Shown piece after piece: positions 29,424 through 39,619 of a stretch of 64,000 nt of DNA (positions are counted from its first letter, which is position 1; every line of letters starts with the position of its first letter). Both the position numbers and the translations under genes were made by a program. The stretch is taken from positions 29,445-93,444 of the forward strand of contig CBDCGX010000014.1 in the NCBI GenBank assembly GCA_965216965.1, read 5' to 3'. The stretch is from Spirochaetia bacterium (GTDB taxonomy: Bacteria; Spirochaetota; Spirochaetia; WTKD01; G963693115). The notes under the pieces were generated by a model. That model had not been told where the DNA came from. It searched no databases and saw only the letters and a program-made list of their open reading frames with translations.

Positions 29424-29507
29424 ATATGTAGTTATTTATAAAATCATGTCCATATGTAAAAATACATTCTTAATCTACATAATATTATTTCTAGCAGGAG
29501 CTTATTA

Positions 29508-30968
29508 ATGGGAAAGCTTACTGGATTTATAGATTATAAGCAAAAGCTTACTAAATATATATCTCCTCAAGAACGAATAAAACATTTTAATGAGTTTTTA
29601 ATTCCTTTAGATGAGGAAGAACAGAAAATACAAGCATCTCGTTGCATGGATTGTGGCATTCCATTTTGTCATTCATCCTATGGGTGTCCGGTAGACAATC
29701 TCATCCCCGAATGGAATCATCTCTTGTATCTCGGAAGATGGGAAGACGCTTTTAAGCGCTTAAGAAAAACAAATAATTTCCCAGAATTTACTGGGCGAGT
29801 ATGTCCTGCACCATGCGAAACCGCATGCGTACTTGGAATTAATAACGATCCTGTAAGCATAAAAGATAATGAATGTGCAATTATTGATAAAGCATACGAT
29901 AAAGGATATATGGTTCCACGCCCCCCAAAACAACGAAATGAAAAAAAAATATGTATTGTAGGAAGTGGTCCTTCTGGGCTTGCAGCTGCAGATGAGCTTA
30001 ATAAAATGGGATATACTGTTACAGTATTTGAAAAAAACGATAGAATTGGCGGGCTTTTGATGTACGGTATACCAAATATGAAACTAGATAAAAAACTAGT
30101 AGAAAAACGCTGTGCAATTATGCAAGAAGAAGGGGTTGTTTTTAAAACAAATGTTTACATAGGAAAAGATATACAAGCTAAAGACATTATAAAAAATTAT
30201 GACGCGATTCTTCTTACATGTGGGGCAACAGTTCCTCGTGACTTGCAAGTGAAAGGGAGAAAAGCCAATGGGATTTATTTTGCCGTTGACTTTCTAAAGA
30301 TGAACACAAAAAGCCTTTTAGATAGCAATCTAACGGATAACAAGTTTATAAACACTCAAGGAAAACACGTCATAGTTATAGGTGGAGGAGATACTGGAAA
30401 TGACTGTATTGGAACGGCAATACGACACAATGCTGCATCCATAACAAACTTTGAATTGCTTCCCAAACCCCACCCTCAGCGAAGTAGTGAACACCCCTGG
30501 CCTCTATATCCTCGAGTATTTAAAAGCGATTATGGGCATAGCGAAGCAAGCGATAGGCACGGGCGTGATCCGAGAGAATTTTCTATTCTTACAAAAGAAT
30601 TCATTCTTAATAAAGACAATGATCTTTCTGCTATTAAAACATGTCGTGTAAAATGGGAAAAACCTCCAAGTGCTCCTCCTAGATTTGTAGAAATAAAAAA
30701 TTCAGAAGAAACATGGAAAGCAGATATAGCTTTACTTGCTATGGGATTTCTTGGTCCAGAACAGGAACTACTAAAAAAACTTAACATAGAACGAAATACA
30801 AAAACCACCACTATAAAAGCAACTTTTGAAGAATTTAAAACATCTCATGAAAAAATATTCACTGCTGGTGATGCTCGAAGAGGGCAATCACTCGTAGTAT
30901 GGGCAATTCAAGAGGGACGAGGTGCAGCAAAAAAAATTAATGAATATCTTACTATTTCAAAAAAATAG
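29508..30968 (+). CDS. gltD: Glutamate synthase (NADPH) small subunit
   Basis: It has the Fe-S cysteine clusters (CMDCGIPFC.., ..TGRVCPAPCETACVLGI..) and two dinucleotide folds (VGSGPSGLAAA, VIGGGDTGNDC). Confidence 0.93.
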   Translation: MGKLTGFIDYKQKLTKYISPQERIKHFNEFLIPLDEEEQKIQASRCMDCGIPFCHSSYGCPVDNLIPEWNHLLYLGRWEDAFKRLRKTNNFPEFTGRVCPAPCETACVLGINNDPVSIKDNECAIIDKAYDKGYMVPRPPKQRNEKKICIVGSGPSGLAAADELNKMGYTVTVFEKNDRIGGLLMYGIPNMKLDKKLVEKRCAIMQEEGVVFKTNVYIGKDIQAKDIIKNYDAILLTCGATVPRDLQVKGRKANGIYFAVDFLKMNTKSLLDSNLTDNKFINTQGKHVIVIGGGDTGNDCIGTAIRHNAASITNFELLPKPHPQRSSEHPWPLYPRVFKSDYGHSEASDRHGRDPREFSILTKEFILNKDNDLSAIKTCRVKWEKPPSAPPRFVEIKNSEETWKADIALLAMGFLGPEQELLKKLNIERNTKTTTIKATFEEFKTSHEKIFTAGDARRGQSLVVWAIQEGRGAAKKINEYLTISKK

Positions 30969-31077
30969 TTTGATGTGTCTAAAACATCTTTCAAAATACA
31001 TTTTTTTTTTGCAAAATAGTCTTTAAAAGAGGAAGAAAGTTACTTTAATATAAAAAAGAGAGTTTTATTATAATGAT

Positions 31078-31106
31078 TTGACAAAATAGAAACATTGCTA
31101 TATAGT
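31078..31106 (+). promoter_or_regulatory. Candidate sigma70-type promoter of gltB, near-copy of the gltD promoter
   Basis: TTGACA (31078-31083), a 17-nt spacer, then TATAGT (31101-31106), ~55 nt upstream of gltB. Confidence 0.5.
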
Positions 31107-31159
31107 GTGATAGAGTTATTTTATTATAATGAGAATAAAAACCTAATGCGATGTTATAA

Positions 31160-34100
31160 ATGAAAAAAAGACCACTAGCAGAAAAACTCTACGATCCTCT
31201 CTTTGAACAAGATAGTTGTGGAACAGGGTTTATTGTTAATATAAAGAAAAAAACGAGTCATTCCATAGTTCACGATGCACTTACCATGCTAAAACGAATG
31301 CAACACCGCGGAGCACGTGGTGCAGATAAAAATACTGGTGATGGGACTGGCATACTTACTTCTCTTCCTCATGAATATTTTAAGAAAATATGCGAAAAAG
31401 AAAACCTATCTCTCCCACAACCGGGATTATATGCAGTGGGTAATATCTTCTTACCAAATAATAAAGAGGAACAAAAAAAATGTAAAACACTGTTAGAACA
31501 AATAATGATAAAGCAATCATTACAAGTAGTATTTTGGAGAAAAGTTCCTGTAAACAGTGCTATAATAGGAAAAATAGCACTTGCATGCAAACCAGAAATA
31601 GAACAATGTTTTATTATCTCAAATTTTTTCATAAACACAAAAGAATTTGAAAGATCGCTTTTTATAGCATCAAAAGAAACAACAACAACTGTTAGAAATT
31701 CTCAATATGATACAGAATCTATGTTTTATATATGCTCTCTTTCTTCACAGAGCATAACATATAAAGGGATGCTCACTCACGATCAACTTGATATCTTTTA
31801 TAAAGATTTAAAAGAAGAAGAATACAGTGCATATATGGCTCTGGTTCACTCTCGTTTTTCTACAAATACATTCCCTAGTTGGGATAGGGCACAACCATTA
31901 CGAATAATGAGTCATAACGGAGAAATCAATACGTTATATGGTAATGAGAATAAAATGCACGCTAGAGAAGGAAAAATAAAAAATGGTGAGTTTAAAGAAA
32001 TATTAAAAAACATATTCCCTATAATTCAAGATGATGTATCTGACAGTGGAGCATTTGATAATACATTAGAATTTTTATATCACTCGGGATATTCACTCCC
32101 ACAAGCAATATGTATGATGATACCCGAAGCATGGCAACATGATAAAACAATGAGCAAAAAACAAAAAGCAATGTATAAAGCATACAGCTGTATTATGGAA
32201 CCTTGGGATGGTCCCGCATGCATAACTTTTACAAATGGAAGATATGTTGGAGCTGTTATAGACAGAAGTGGATTGCGTCCAAGCCGATATTACATAACTA
32301 ATGATGACAGAGTAATACTTGCAAGTGAAGTTGGAGTTGTAGATATAGAACCAGAAAACATAATAAGTAAAAATAGAATTAAATTGGGAAAGATTTTCCT
32401 TATTGATACCGATAATGCAAAAATTATAAGCGATGAACAAATAAAAAAAGAACTTTCAGAGCATCATCCTTATATGGATTGGATACAAGAAGAAGAAATA
32501 CAACTTTCACATATAGAGCAATCTTCTCTAAAAGCAACCGATATAACATATCTTTCTAATAAAGAACGAAAAAGACGAAGCATTGTCTATATATACAGCG
32601 AAGAAGATAAAATACATATTCTTAAATCAATGATAGAAAAAGAAAAAGAACCTTTGGGATCAATGGGCAATGATGTTGCACTTGCATGCCTTTCTACTAC
32701 TCCACGACTTTTATACGATTATTTCAAGCAATTGTTTGCACAAGTTACTAATCCTCCCATCGATTCTATAAGGGAAAGGATAATTATGAGCATAGGGACT
32801 TATATAGGACCAGAAGGGAATATTCTAAAATTCAATCAATCATGTTGTCACAGATTATGGCTAGAACACCCAATATTATCACACGAAGATTTTGCTTTAT
32901 TAAAGAAAATACAACACAGAAAATGGAAATCATGCGTAATAGATATAACATATAACAAAAGAGAACGAGAAATAGGTTTGAAAAATGCTCTTTCTCAAAT
33001 TAAAAAAGAAGCAGAAGAATATGCGAAAAAAGGCTATCAAATTATTATACTAAGCGATAAAGCTATAAATAAAGAAAGAATACCAATAAGCACTCTTATG
33101 GCATCCGCTGCGGTTCATCATCACCTTGTTGATAAGTGTTTACGATCAATGTCAGCACTTGTTGTGGAGTCGGGAGAAATGAGAGAAGTCCATCATTATT
33201 CTATGTTACTTGGATATGGAGTAGATGCCCTTTTTCCTTATCTTGCCTTTGAAAATGCATTTGAAATGAGAGATAATGGTATTCTTGAAAATTCTTTAAC
33301 TAACAAAGAAATTGTTAAAAGATATAAAAACGCCGTAGAATATGGCATTTGCAAAGTGTTTTCAAAAATGGGAATATCTACCATAGACAGCTATAAGGGC
33401 TCACAAATATTTGAAGCCATTGGGATTGGAGAAGAAGTAATTGCACATTGCTTTAAGAATACTATTTCGCGAATAAGCGGAGTAGGCTTTGCTGAATTAG
33501 AAAAAGAGATGTTTATCAATCACGAAAACGCATATAAGAAATGGGAAGATGACTCATTGGGAGAAACAATAATAAGTGCTGGAAATTTTCATTGGAGAAA
33601 AAAAGGACATCTCCATATGTGGGACCCTGAATCTATAATTCTTTTACAAAGTGCTGTAAGAAAAAACAACAAGAATATATTTAATGATTTTGTTAATTAC
33701 CAAAATCAACGTTCCCCCCATCAATCTACTTTGAGAGGAATGCTCACATTTAAAAAGCAAAAAAATATTTCATTACATGAGGTAGAACCCACAAATGCAA
33801 TTATTAAGCGATTTGCTACTGGGGCAATGAGCTTTGGCTCAATATCCCAAGAAGCTCATGAAACACTTGCAATAGCTATGAACAGAATAGGAGGAAAATC
33901 AAACACAGGTGAAGGGGGAGAAGATCCTAGCAGATATATATCACTTGCCAATGGGGATTCTAAACGTTCTGCTATTAAACAAGTTGCATCTGGACGTTTT
34001 GGTGTTACTATAGAATATCTTTCCAATGCAGACGAAATCCAAATAAAAATGGCACAAGGAGCAAAGCCTGGCGAAGGCGGAGAATTACCTGGACACAAAG

Positions 34101-35695
34101 TATTTGATATTATTGCAAAAACACGCCACTCCACACCAGGAATAGGGCTCATAAGCCCCCCTCCACATCATGATATTTACTCAATAGAAGATTTAGCACA
34201 ACTTATTTTTGATTTAAAGAATGCCAATCCTTCCGCAAAAATAAGTGTAAAACTTGTATCAAAATCGGGTGTGGGAGTCATTGCTGCAGGCGTTGCAAAA
34301 GGGAAAGCAGACAACATACTTATATCTGGACATGATGGTGGTACAGGAGCATCTCCTCTTACAAGCATAAAACATACAGGTCTCCCATGGGAACTTGGAA
34401 TAAGCGAAACACACCAAGTTCTAATAAAAAACAATCTTAGAAGTCGTGTTATATTACAAACCGATGGACAACTCAAAACTGGTAGAGACATTGCCATTGC
34501 AGCAATGCTAGGTGCCGAAGAGTTTGGATTTGCAACATCGGCACTTATTTCGATGGGATGTATTATGATGCGCAAATGTGAATATAATACATGCCCAGTA
34601 GGGATAGCAACACAAAACAACGTTTTACGAAAGAAATTTATGGGAACACCCGAACACGTTATTGCTTTTATGACATTTTTAGCAGAAGATCTTCGTAAAG
34701 AAATGGCACAATTAGGATTTAAAACAGTAAATGAAATGGTAGGAAGAAGTGATATTCTAACTGTAGATACAAATGCTCTTAATTGGAAGTCAAAAAAAAT
34801 AAACATATTTTCACTATTAAGTGATAAAAAACATGAAGGTCTTCAATGTTGCACTACAGAACAAGAACATAATATTACATCTGTGCTTGATAAAACGCTT
34901 ATTCGCGATGCATCTAAAGCAATTGAAACGGGTTCTCCTATAAAACATAAATATACAATAAAAAACACAAACCGAACAACTGGAACACTTCTTAGTCATA
35001 CAATAGCAAAAAAATATGGAATGAAGGGGCTTCCCCAAGATACAATACATATTACATTTGATGGACATGCAGGACAAAGTTTTGGAGCATTTCTAGCTCA
35101 CGGAGTAACCTTGTCTCTTAATGGAGACGCAAATGATTATGTAGGAAAAGGACTCTCAGGAGGCATAATAGCATTAACTCCTCCCAAACAAAGGAAATTT
35201 ATCGCAGAAGACAATATAATTGCCGGTAACGTTGCACTCTATGGAGCCACATGTGGAAAAGCCTTCTTTAATGGTCGTGTTGCAGAGCGATTTTGTATAC
35301 GAAACAGTGGAGCAAAGGTCGTTGTTGAAGGTATTGGTACTCATGGATGCGAATATATGACAAATGGGCGTGTAATAATTTTAGGAGATATCGGTAAAAA
35401 TTTTGCTTCTGGAATGAGTGGGGGAATAGCTTATATATACGATACATCTTCCATAGTAAGAAAAAATATAAATTCTGAAATGATAGTCTCTGCTATTCCT
35501 TTAGCAGAAAAAAATGAAGTGAAAGCTCTTATAAAGGAGCACTATAAACGTACTGCATCTAAAAAAGCAAAATATATTCTTGACTCTTGGAATGTAGAAA
35601 AGAACGCCTTTATACGAATAATTTCTAAAGATTACCAAAATATACTCTCGGTTCAAAAACAAACACTTCATATTCAAAATAATATTGTATTATAA
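31160..35695 (+). CDS. gltB: Glutamate synthase large subunit
   Basis: 1511 aa. It has the amidotransferase Cys after a short propeptide (..EQDSCGTGF..), an FMN/3Fe-4S central region (..SPPPHHDIYSIEDLAQLI.., ..HDGGTGASP..) and the C-terminal GXGXG beta-helix domain. Confidence 0.96.
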   Translation: MKKRPLAEKLYDPLFEQDSCGTGFIVNIKKKTSHSIVHDALTMLKRMQHRGARGADKNTGDGTGILTSLPHEYFKKICEKENLSLPQPGLYAVGNIFLPNNKEEQKKCKTLLEQIMIKQSLQVVFWRKVPVNSAIIGKIALACKPEIEQCFIISNFFINTKEFERSLFIASKETTTTVRNSQYDTESMFYICSLSSQSITYKGMLTHDQLDIFYKDLKEEEYSAYMALVHSRFSTNTFPSWDRAQPLRIMSHNGEINTLYGNENKMHAREGKIKNGEFKEILKNIFPIIQDDVSDSGAFDNTLEFLYHSGYSLPQAICMMIPEAWQHDKTMSKKQKAMYKAYSCIMEPWDGPACITFTNGRYVGAVIDRSGLRPSRYYITNDDRVILASEVGVVDIEPENIISKNRIKLGKIFLIDTDNAKIISDEQIKKELSEHHPYMDWIQEEEIQLSHIEQSSLKATDITYLSNKERKRRSIVYIYSEEDKIHILKSMIEKEKEPLGSMGNDVALACLSTTPRLLYDYFKQLFAQVTNPPIDSIRERIIMSIGTYIGPEGNILKFNQSCCHRLWLEHPILSHEDFALLKKIQHRKWKSCVIDITYNKREREIGLKNALSQIKKEAEEYAKKGYQIIILSDKAINKERIPISTLMASAAVHHHLVDKCLRSMSALVVESGEMREVHHYSMLLGYGVDALFPYLAFENAFEMRDNGILENSLTNKEIVKRYKNAVEYGICKVFSKMGISTIDSYKGSQIFEAIGIGEEVIAHCFKNTISRISGVGFAELEKEMFINHENAYKKWEDDSLGETIISAGNFHWRKKGHLHMWDPESIILLQSAVRKNNKNIFNDFVNYQNQRSPHQSTLRGMLTFKKQKNISLHEVEPTNAIIKRFATGAMSFGSISQEAHETLAIAMNRIGGKSNTGEGGEDPSRYISLANGDSKRSAIKQVASGRFGVTIEYLSNADEIQIKMAQGAKPGEGGELPGHKVFDIIAKTRHSTPGIGLISPPPHHDIYSIEDLAQLIFDLKNANPSAKISVKLVSKSGVGVIAAGVAKGKADNILISGHDGGTGASPLTSIKHTGLPWELGISETHQVLIKNNLRSRVILQTDGQLKTGRDIAIAAMLGAEEFGFATSALISMGCIMMRKCEYNTCPVGIATQNNVLRKKFMGTPEHVIAFMTFLAEDLRKEMAQLGFKTVNEMVGRSDILTVDTNALNWKSKKINIFSLLSDKKHEGLQCCTTEQEHNITSVLDKTLIRDASKAIETGSPIKHKYTIKNTNRTTGTLLSHTIAKKYGMKGLPQDTIHITFDGHAGQSFGAFLAHGVTLSLNGDANDYVGKGLSGGIIALTPPKQRKFIAEDNIIAGNVALYGATCGKAFFNGRVAERFCIRNSGAKVVVEGIGTHGCEYMTNGRVIILGDIGKNFASGMSGGIAYIYDTSSIVRKNINSEMIVSAIPLAEKNEVKALIKEHYKRTASKKAKYILDSWNVEKNAFIRIISKDYQNILSVQKQTLHIQNNIVL

Positions 35696-35754
35696 ATAAT
35701 ACATGTATTTATTGCTACAAAAAACTTGTTTATAGTACTTGACAATAAAGTTTC

Positions 35755-36822
35755 ATGGGACTAATATTGATTGTAGTTATGAAATTATTTAAAAAAAATA
35801 TTCTATTTTGTATTCTCCTCTTTTTTATCTTTGTAAGTAAAGCTTATACAAGCGGTCTTATAGAAACTTCAAAAGAGAAGGTTGTTAACGTTTATTCCCA
35901 TAGACATTATAAAGTCGACAAGGAATTATATGACACTTTTAGCAAAAAAACAGGAATAAAAATAAACCTTATAGATGGAAGTGCAGGTGAAATTGTAGAA
36001 AGGATAATAGCCGAAGGAAAAAATTCTGAGGCCGATCTTGTTTTTATTGTAGATATAGGACATCTTACTCTTCTCAAAAAGAAAAAACTCCTACAAAAAA
36101 TTCCAGCTTCTGCAACCAAAAATATTCCTAGCAACTTACAAGATCCCGATAGAGAGTGGGTTAGTGTTTCAACTCGATCAAGAATAATTGTATATGATAA
36201 AACAAGAATAAAAAATCCAACTGTGACTTCTTACGAAGATATTGTAGAATCTCCTGTAAGTATTGCTATTCGCTCATCGTCTAATTCTTATAATCAAGCA
36301 CTGCTTGCATCAATTATTTATAACAATGGAGAAGAAAAAGCAAGAAAATGGGTACAAAATCTCGTAAAACATCTTGCTCGACCTCCACAAGGAAATGATA
36401 GAAGTCAAGCAAAAGCTGTTGTGGCTGGCCTTGCAGACTATGCCATAATGAATATGTACTATATTGGACTGTTAATAAACTCTAATGACCCTAAAGAAAA
36501 AATAGTAGGAGAAAAATTAGGTATTATATTTCCTAACCAAAACAAAAAGGGTACCCATATAAATATAAGTGGCATAGGATTATTAAGAAATGCCCCAAAT
36601 AAGAAAGAAGCAATACAACTTATTACTTTTCTACTATCAAAAGAAGCTCAAAAGAAAATTACAAATATGAATTTTGAATACCCAGCATCCTCAGAAGTAT
36701 CTCCTACTGCTCTTTTAAAAAATTGGGGGAAGTTTATCTCTGATATTCCAGATGACCTAAATAAGATAGGAGAGCTTATTCCTCTTGCTGCAAAGATAGC
36801 AGATGAAGAGGGATGGAAATAA
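35755..36822 (+). CDS. Iron(III) ABC transporter substrate-binding protein (FbpA/AfuA-like)
   Basis: It has a signal peptide, and ..VNVYSHRHYKVDKELYDTFSKKTGIKINLIDGSAGEIVERIIAEGKNSEADLVF.. matches the FbpA/AfuA pattern. The true start may be the ATG at 35779 (MKLFKK..). Confidence 0.8.
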   Translation: MGLILIVVMKLFKKNILFCILLFFIFVSKAYTSGLIETSKEKVVNVYSHRHYKVDKELYDTFSKKTGIKINLIDGSAGEIVERIIAEGKNSEADLVFIVDIGHLTLLKKKKLLQKIPASATKNIPSNLQDPDREWVSVSTRSRIIVYDKTRIKNPTVTSYEDIVESPVSIAIRSSSNSYNQALLASIIYNNGEEKARKWVQNLVKHLARPPQGNDRSQAKAVVAGLADYAIMNMYYIGLLINSNDPKEKIVGEKLGIIFPNQNKKGTHINISGIGLLRNAPNKKEAIQLITFLLSKEAQKKITNMNFEYPASSEVSPTALLKNWGKFISDIPDDLNKIGELIPLAAKIADEEGWK

Positions 36823-38447
36823 CGCATGTGAAAACAAATTATGTGATACTAATAATTATAATAACATTTCTTACCCCCTTTATATTTTTGATATATGGAA
36901 TACAATCAGCAGATATATCTGTATTACAAACCTTTGTTATAAATTTACTACCTCGCTATCTTCTTTCAACACTACTTCTTATCGCAGGAGTCCTTTTTGT
37001 TACTATAGCACTTGGAACAAGTATGGCATGGATATCCTTCCAATTTACCTTTCCATTACACACTATTCTACGTGCACTATTGCCTTTTAGCATAATTATA
37101 TCTCCATATATGCTCGCACTCTTTTTTTCTGATTATGCAGATAGTATTAGCATATCAATAATCAAATATGTATCACACTTTCCTATGCTTGCCATTAGTA
37201 ATTCTGCAATCATATCGATTATCAATTTTATTTTTCTTGTATTTTCTCTTTCTCTTTCCCTTTATCCTTACACCTATATGTTTGTAAAAGCTACATATGA
37301 AAGAAACTCATTTTCCATCATACAATCAGCTCAACTCCTTAATAAGGGGAAAAAAAGTTTGTTTTTTAAAATTGGTCTACCTATAGCAAAAACAGCAATA
37401 ATAGGGGGGAGTTTATTTATATCTATGGATGTTCTTAATGAGTTTGCCTCAATCATTCACTTTGGATATAATACAATAAGTAGTGGCATATATAAAACAT
37501 GGTTTTTATATAAAAACCTTGGATCAGCTCAAGTTATATCTCTGGGAGTTTTATTATTTATTTTATGTATTGTATCAATTATGCAAAAACAAACAAAAAA
37601 CATTTCATATCAAATAACTCAACATCTCCCTGTAATTCGAAGACCTCTTCCAATACGAAAAGGAATAGTAGCAACACTCTGGTGCTCACTACCAGTATTA
37701 TTTGGCCTCATATTACCACTTATATCATTTACTAAAAAATCAATCTATGTCCTCAGTAGTAATACTATTTCTGCACTATATGACAGTTTACAATTAGTAT
37801 CTCAAACATTTATCTTTATCATAATTGCCTTAGTTATAACTACGGTTGGAGCAATAATTATATCATACGAATATCACTTGCATAGAAAATCAAAAATAAA
37901 ACAACTAGGCTATAAAATAACAACCTTTGGATATGCTCTCCCCGGAACTGTACTTGCTATAACAATATTAGGATTGTTTTATACACTAGATACATATATT
38001 TTCCCCTCGTATAGCATAACCTCACTTTTCTTAAGCAAAACATATTTGGCATTGCTACTTGCAATAGTAATACGATATTTTTATGTTTTAGTAGCTCCTA
38101 TTTACACTGGATTCGCATATTACGGAAAGCAATATGAAAGGATTTCATATACTTTAGGAAAAGACACCTTCACAACATTTAAGAAAATTGCACTACCGCT
38201 TAATATGCCTTTTATTCTCGCTGGAATGTTTTTATTTGTAATGGATGTATTAAAAGAAATCCCAATTACCCTTGTACTACGCCCATATAACTTTACAACA
38301 CTTTCTCTCAAAACATACTTATTAGCAAGAGAAGAAAGGATTACAGAATCCTCTATACCTTTACTATTAACAGTAGTTATGGGTTGCATATTCTTATTAT
38401 GCTTTAAGATTATAGAAAATCATTATAAAAAAACACATACTACGTAA
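36813..38447 (+). CDS. Iron ABC transporter permease (FbpB-like, duplicated 6-TM module)
   Basis: A 544-aa polytopic protein sitting between the binding-protein and ATPase genes. The start is uncertain. Confidence 0.8.
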   Translation: MEITHVKTNYVILIIIITFLTPFIFLIYGIQSADISVLQTFVINLLPRYLLSTLLLIAGVLFVTIALGTSMAWISFQFTFPLHTILRALLPFSIIISPYMLALFFSDYADSISISIIKYVSHFPMLAISNSAIISIINFIFLVFSLSLSLYPYTYMFVKATYERNSFSIIQSAQLLNKGKKSLFFKIGLPIAKTAIIGGSLFISMDVLNEFASIIHFGYNTISSGIYKTWFLYKNLGSAQVISLGVLLFILCIVSIMQKQTKNISYQITQHLPVIRRPLPIRKGIVATLWCSLPVLFGLILPLISFTKKSIYVLSSNTISALYDSLQLVSQTFIFIIIALVITTVGAIIISYEYHLHRKSKIKQLGYKITTFGYALPGTVLAITILGLFYTLDTYIFPSYSITSLFLSKTYLALLLAIVIRYFYVLVAPIYTGFAYYGKQYERISYTLGKDTFTTFKKIALPLNMPFILAGMFLFVMDVLKEIPITLVLRPYNFTTLSLKTYLLAREERITESSIPLLLTVVMGCIFLLCFKIIENHYKKTHTT

Positions 38448-38452
38448 ACAAT

Positions 38453-39529
38453 ATGAATATTGCATATATAGAAAACATACACTCTTGCTATCCTCCTCAT
38501 TATAAAGAATGCATACATAATATATCATTTAGCATTCCTTCTCAAAAATTCACTGTGCTTACAGGAGAAAGTGGATCTGGGAAAACAACTATTTTAAGAA
38601 TTCTTGCAGGTTTTATTAAACCATGTAAAGGGCGAGTCTATATTGGAGAAAAAGAAGTATCATCCGAAAAAACGTGGGTTCCTCCTGAAAAAAGAAGAGT
38701 AGGAGTTGTCTTTCAAGATTTTGCACTTTTCCCACATCTTACAGTCAAACAAAATATCGTATTTGGTATTTCTGACATTCCAATACAAGAGCAAGAATCA
38801 ACATATCAATATCTTATGAAGATATTCAAACTAGATCTCTTCATGGGGAAACGATATCCCCATCAGCTTTCGGGAGGGCAAATGCAAAGAGTCTCTCTCG
38901 CTCGTTCCATAGCCTCTAGACCACAACTTCTTATTTTAGACGAACCTTTTAATACTATAGGGGATGACATGAAAGAAGAAATGCTTAGACATCTTAAAGA
39001 ACTTGCCTCAATATACAAGATGAGTATATTATATATTACACATAACAAAAACGAGGTATTCTCAATAGCGGATACTGTTGCGATTCTTAAAGAAGGTAAG
39101 TTGTTACAACAAGCTTCTCCAAAAGAAATATATACGAAACCTTATAATGCATATATTGCCCGCTATTTTGGGCATATAAATATTCTTCCTATACAATATG
39201 ATGAGCATTTGGATATATTTAAAAGCCCTATAGGAACGCATCATCCAAAAGATTTAAATAATAGCAAAAGAACAACACGAAAACAGCTTTATATGCTCAT
39301 TCGCCCGCACGAACTTATGCTTTCTGAAAGAAATGATAATAAAACCTCGTTAGTTCGAATAGAAGAAGTTAAGTATAGAGGAGACTACTTTGATGTCTCA
39401 TGCACGTCTCTTCTTTCATCATATAAAACAGAAATAACTGTACGCTGTAGCGTTTTTTCTAGGCTTAAAAAAAACGACATACTTTCTATAATACTACGTC
39501 CTAAACACAAACCTCATATCATTTCTTAA
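38453..39529 (+). CDS. ABC transporter ATP-binding protein (FbpC/PotA-like)
   Basis: It has Walker A (GESGSGKTT), the signature LSGGQMQRVSLAR, Walker B (LLILDEPF) and a C-terminal regulatory/OB-like domain. Confidence 0.92.
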   Translation: MNIAYIENIHSCYPPHYKECIHNISFSIPSQKFTVLTGESGSGKTTILRILAGFIKPCKGRVYIGEKEVSSEKTWVPPEKRRVGVVFQDFALFPHLTVKQNIVFGISDIPIQEQESTYQYLMKIFKLDLFMGKRYPHQLSGGQMQRVSLARSIASRPQLLILDEPFNTIGDDMKEEMLRHLKELASIYKMSILYITHNKNEVFSIADTVAILKEGKLLQQASPKEIYTKPYNAYIARYFGHINILPIQYDEHLDIFKSPIGTHHPKDLNNSKRTTRKQLYMLIRPHELMLSERNDNKTSLVRIEEVKYRGDYFDVSCTSLLSSYKTEITVRCSVFSRLKKNDILSIILRPKHKPHIIS

Positions 39530-39581
39530 GAAACATGTAAATTAAGATCTAATAATAAAGAAAGGAAATGGGATATATGTT

Positions 39582-39610
39582 AAAGTTGAGCTACAATGTA
39601 GCTCAACTTT
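39582..39610. terminator. Bidirectional terminator hairpin between convergent genes
   Basis: AAAGTTGAGCTAC-AAT-GTAGCTCAACTTT forms a perfect 13-bp stem with a 3-nt loop. It is flanked by A-runs and T-runs on both strands. Confidence 0.75.
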
Positions 39611-39619
39611 AACAAAATA

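Noticed and set aside
29156-29507. The long leaders upstream of gltD (352 bp), gltB and purB, checked for riboswitch-like structure (glutamine, purine).
   Set aside because: I found no conserved riboswitch core sequences or convincing multi-stem structures. These regions are almost pure A/T. Only promoter hexamers can be supported.
36803-37090. A 95-aa ORF overlapping the start of the iron ABC permease in another frame.
   Set aside because: It is an alternative-frame artefact. The 544-aa permease frame has the expected polytopic pattern and operon position.
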